From IMG/VR virus record IMGVR_UViG_3300032232_000987, positions 1 to 37,284 of that record: a stretch of 37,284 nt of DNA. One strand, given 5' to 3'. This DNA is from a virus. Lineage: Duplodnaviria > Caudoviricetes. Shown here in pieces: positions 35,264 to 37,284 of the stretch. The notes under the pieces are model-generated. The model worked only from the letters and a program-made list of their open reading frames with translations. It did no database searches and was not told where the DNA came from. Each line of letters opens with the position of its first letter. Position 1 is the stretch's first letter. A program made the translations under genes and the position numbers.

Positions 35264-35857
35264 TTAATCGTCGTAGTCGCTGTCTAGTTCCATAAATACA
35301 TTTACTAAGATATCACGATATGGTTGGTCAACCATGTGCAAGTCTAGTAGGTAAATATCTAGATGACAATTTCTTAGTAGTTCAGCGTGGTACATAAATT
35401 GACCAAATGCTTCTAAGCTTTCGCTAATATTTTGGTTTGCATAGTCTTCTAAATACTGCGCTACTACATCTAGCATATACTGTGGCATATTAGATTTTGT
35501 GCTAATGTTGACTAGCCTTAGGGCTTTGCCTTCACGATCGCGCATAATTTGATTGCGCTTAGCTTCTGCCCAAGTTTGACCGCCGTCGCCGCCCCACATA
35601 TCCCAGGCTACTCTTCCCTTGCTGGGAAAGCCTTCTTCGCCACTATTAAATCCAGTTGCACGCTTGTCAACTTCATGACGACTGAAAAAACTGTGCATTC
35701 GCAACACAACACTAGCACTTAGTGGCTCACGATTTTTAAGTTGATTGGCACGAGCCAGGCCTACCAGCGTACCGCCTGGTTTGCCTTCCTCATGCCATGC
35801 TAGTGCACGTTTAGCTGCGCTTGCCATGCCCGTTGTAGGCGTATAGGTTTCTGCCAT
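35264..35857 (-). CDS. Conserved phage protein of unknown function
   Basis: GGTLVGLARANQL...RMHSFFSRHE...AWDMWGGDGG motif set; AGAGGT SD. Confidence 0.7.
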   Translation of the reverse strand: MAETYTPTTGMASAAKRALAWHEEGKPGGTLVGLARANQLKNREPLSASVVLRMHSFFSRHEVDKRATGFNSGEEGFPSKGRVAWDMWGGDGGQTWAEAKRNQIMRDREGKALRLVNISTKSNMPQYMLDVVAQYLEDYANQNISESLEAFGQFMYHAELLRNCHLDIYLLDLHMVDQPYRDILVNVFMELDSDYDD

Positions 35858-35865
35858 AATAACCT

Positions 35866-36429
35866 CTATGGATTGGCCAGGAAAAATGCAAAAGCAAATC
35901 CCAGCGGTGTCATTGATCGTAATTCTTTAGTTCGTTCTGACTTGCCGCCCAACTTCATTATCCACGAATTAGGGTCAGGCTCAATCGGAGACTTAGGCAA
36001 GTCTCGATTAAACTTACCCCATAATCCAGTTTTCTTGGTATAGGCATCGCCAAACCAGTGTGGTTGAAAATACCAGGGATCGCCTAATTCAGGACGCAGT
36101 TTTTGCAATCTGCCAACGGGATTTTCTAGTGCCCAGAATTGTGGGTTGTAGTAGTCTACCATTCGCAAAACTTTGTCTACTAATTTTAGGCTTTGATCAG
36201 TTCTGCCGTCTTGGTCTTTTTGTTTCCAGTATTGTGCACCACTGCCTGCAAAATCTGTGCAAGGTGGAGCAGCTAAAATACCGTAGATTTCATTTGGCAA
36301 ATCTGCTGGTGTCAACTCTAGTATATCAATATCATGTTTAATGTCTACTTGCAAGACATTGTAACCTGCTTCGCGATAGTACTTAGGCCAATTACCGCTG
36401 TAGTCGAACAATGACAAAATCGTTTTCAT
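35866..36429 (-). CDS. Minimal DNA cytosine-5 methyltransferase-like protein
   Basis: ILSLFDYSG (variant motif I), APPCTDF (motif IV), LENPVG (motif VI), and RSMTPLGFA at the C-terminus. Confidence 0.78.
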   Translation of the reverse strand: MKTILSLFDYSGNWPKYYREAGYNVLQVDIKHDIDILELTPADLPNEIYGILAAPPCTDFAGSGAQYWKQKDQDGRTDQSLKLVDKVLRMVDYYNPQFWALENPVGRLQKLRPELGDPWYFQPHWFGDAYTKKTGLWGKFNRDLPKSPIEPDPNSWIMKLGGKSERTKELRSMTPLGFAFAFFLANP

Positions 36430-36574
36430 AATATAATCTCTGCATTACATCAAGTCGTTGTTCGTCACTATAGGCTTGCCAATCAGTAATTTCTTCTCTA
36501 GTCCTGCCACAACCTACACACTTCTCTGATTTAGGGTCAATCCGGCAAATCTGTTGACACGGTGTCATCATCAT
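36392..36574 (-). CDS. DUF1289-like cysteine-cluster protein
   Basis: TPCQQICRID...CVGCGRTREEITDW; start at one of three tandem ATGs (36574, 36571 or 36568). Confidence 0.8.
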   Translation of the reverse strand: MMMTPCQQICRIDPKSEKCVGCGRTREEITDWQAYSDEQRLDVMQRLYYENDFVIVRLQR

Positions 36575-37151
36575 CGGTTTCTTCCTGCTTGCTTCTAGCC
36601 TCACAAAGCGCTTCTACTCTGTTACTTACTTCTTCACTATGCAACCACAAGTCTTTATTTTCTAGGAGACTTTCGATTTCTTTTTCAGTCAAGAAGTCTT
36701 TGTAAATATGTTGCAGGAATTGACGAGACCATTCACGCTCAAACACTGCCTGATCATAGATCTCGCCACCTTTGCCAAACATTCCACCACTATAGTTGTG
36801 AAACATAAACAGGCTATGTGGTGTAATCTCAAATACATCTGCACAAAGAAAAACCATAGTAGCAGCACTAATACAACTGCCCTCAACACTGCATACTACA
36901 GTAGCCTGAGTTTCGGTTAATACACGCATAAATTGTATTGCAGTATTTAAGTCACCACCGCTGCTATTAATGTAAATTTTTACTACATCTTGATCACTAG
37001 CACTACGAATAGTGTTAAACCATTCAATGTAATCTTCTGGGCCTGTAATAAGACCGCTTAGGTAAAATTCATAAAGTGCACTAGTACACTTACGAAACCC
37101 ACGACTAATACCTGTGTCGAGGATAAACTCATCTGTTGCGTTTTTAGTCAT
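36537..37151 (-). CDS. clpP: ClpP-like serine protease
   Basis: IYINSSGGD, CISAATMVF (Ser), FMFHNYS (His) and KDLWL (Asp). Confidence 0.85.
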   Translation of the reverse strand: MTKNATDEFILDTGISRGFRKCTSALYEFYLSGLITGPEDYIEWFNTIRSASDQDVVKIYINSSGGDLNTAIQFMRVLTETQATVVCSVEGSCISAATMVFLCADVFEITPHSLFMFHNYSGGMFGKGGEIYDQAVFEREWSRQFLQHIYKDFLTEKEIESLLENKDLWLHSEEVSNRVEALCEARSKQEETDDDDTVSTDLPD

Positions 37152-37157
37152 AGGAGT

Positions 37158-37187
37158 ATTGTATAAAAAAGCCCCCCTTGGTTACAA
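37158..37187 (-). promoter_or_regulatory. Candidate promoter TTGTAA-18-TACAAT for clpP
   Basis: -35 at 37182-37187 inside the hairpin; -10 at 37158-37163; ATG 6 nt later; no SD. Confidence 0.5.
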
Positions 37188-37196
37188 GGCGGGGGC
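37165..37196 (-). terminator. Terminator-like hairpin ending the tmRNA coding piece
   Basis: GCCCCCGCCTTG-TAAC-CAAGGGGGGC-TTTTTT. Confidence 0.75.
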
Positions 37197-37284
37197 ATAC
37201 CTCGGCACTAGCTTAAGCGGCTAGGGCAAATACCTCATCGTTGGCATTTATATAGTTTGCTTCTTTTGCGGAGATCGCCTACCG
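37165..37284 (-). ncRNA. ssrA: tmRNA (partial; tag-coding region), probably two-piece/permuted
   Basis: ATAAAT-GCC AAC GAT GAG GTA TTT GCC CTA GCC GCT TAA encodes ANDEVFALAA* (37245-37213); the stop sits in the loop of a CTAGC/GCTAG stem; 5' part lies outside the window. Confidence 0.85.

Overview
Segment of a lytic T5-like (Demerecviridae-type) phage genome with two convergent arms that meet at a bidirectional terminator (13326-13363). The + arm (1-13323) holds glycine-rich/LamG and other tail-fibre or adhesin genes, a Gram-negative lysis cassette (i-spanin, o-spanin, 3-TM membrane protein, SLT transglycosylase) and phoH. The - arm (13365-37284) holds the T5-order replication module (D3, PC4-like, split NAD ligase, D5, helicase, primase, Pol A, D10-D15, dUTPase), a class II ribonucleotide reductase, four tRNAs, a minimal C5 methyltransferase, a ClpP-like protease and many near-consensus sigma70 promoters. 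Two observations stand out. (1) The right edge carries a tmRNA fragment with tag ANDEVFALAA*. It ends in a terminator-like hairpin with no 3' tRNA-like end, so it looks like a permuted two-piece tmRNA, and it lies directly upstream of the ClpP-like gene. (2) An in-register C_CCA_AAG slippery site would fuse the 3-TM membrane protein to the endolysin by a -1 frameshift. All calls come from reading motifs by eye; no database searches were run.
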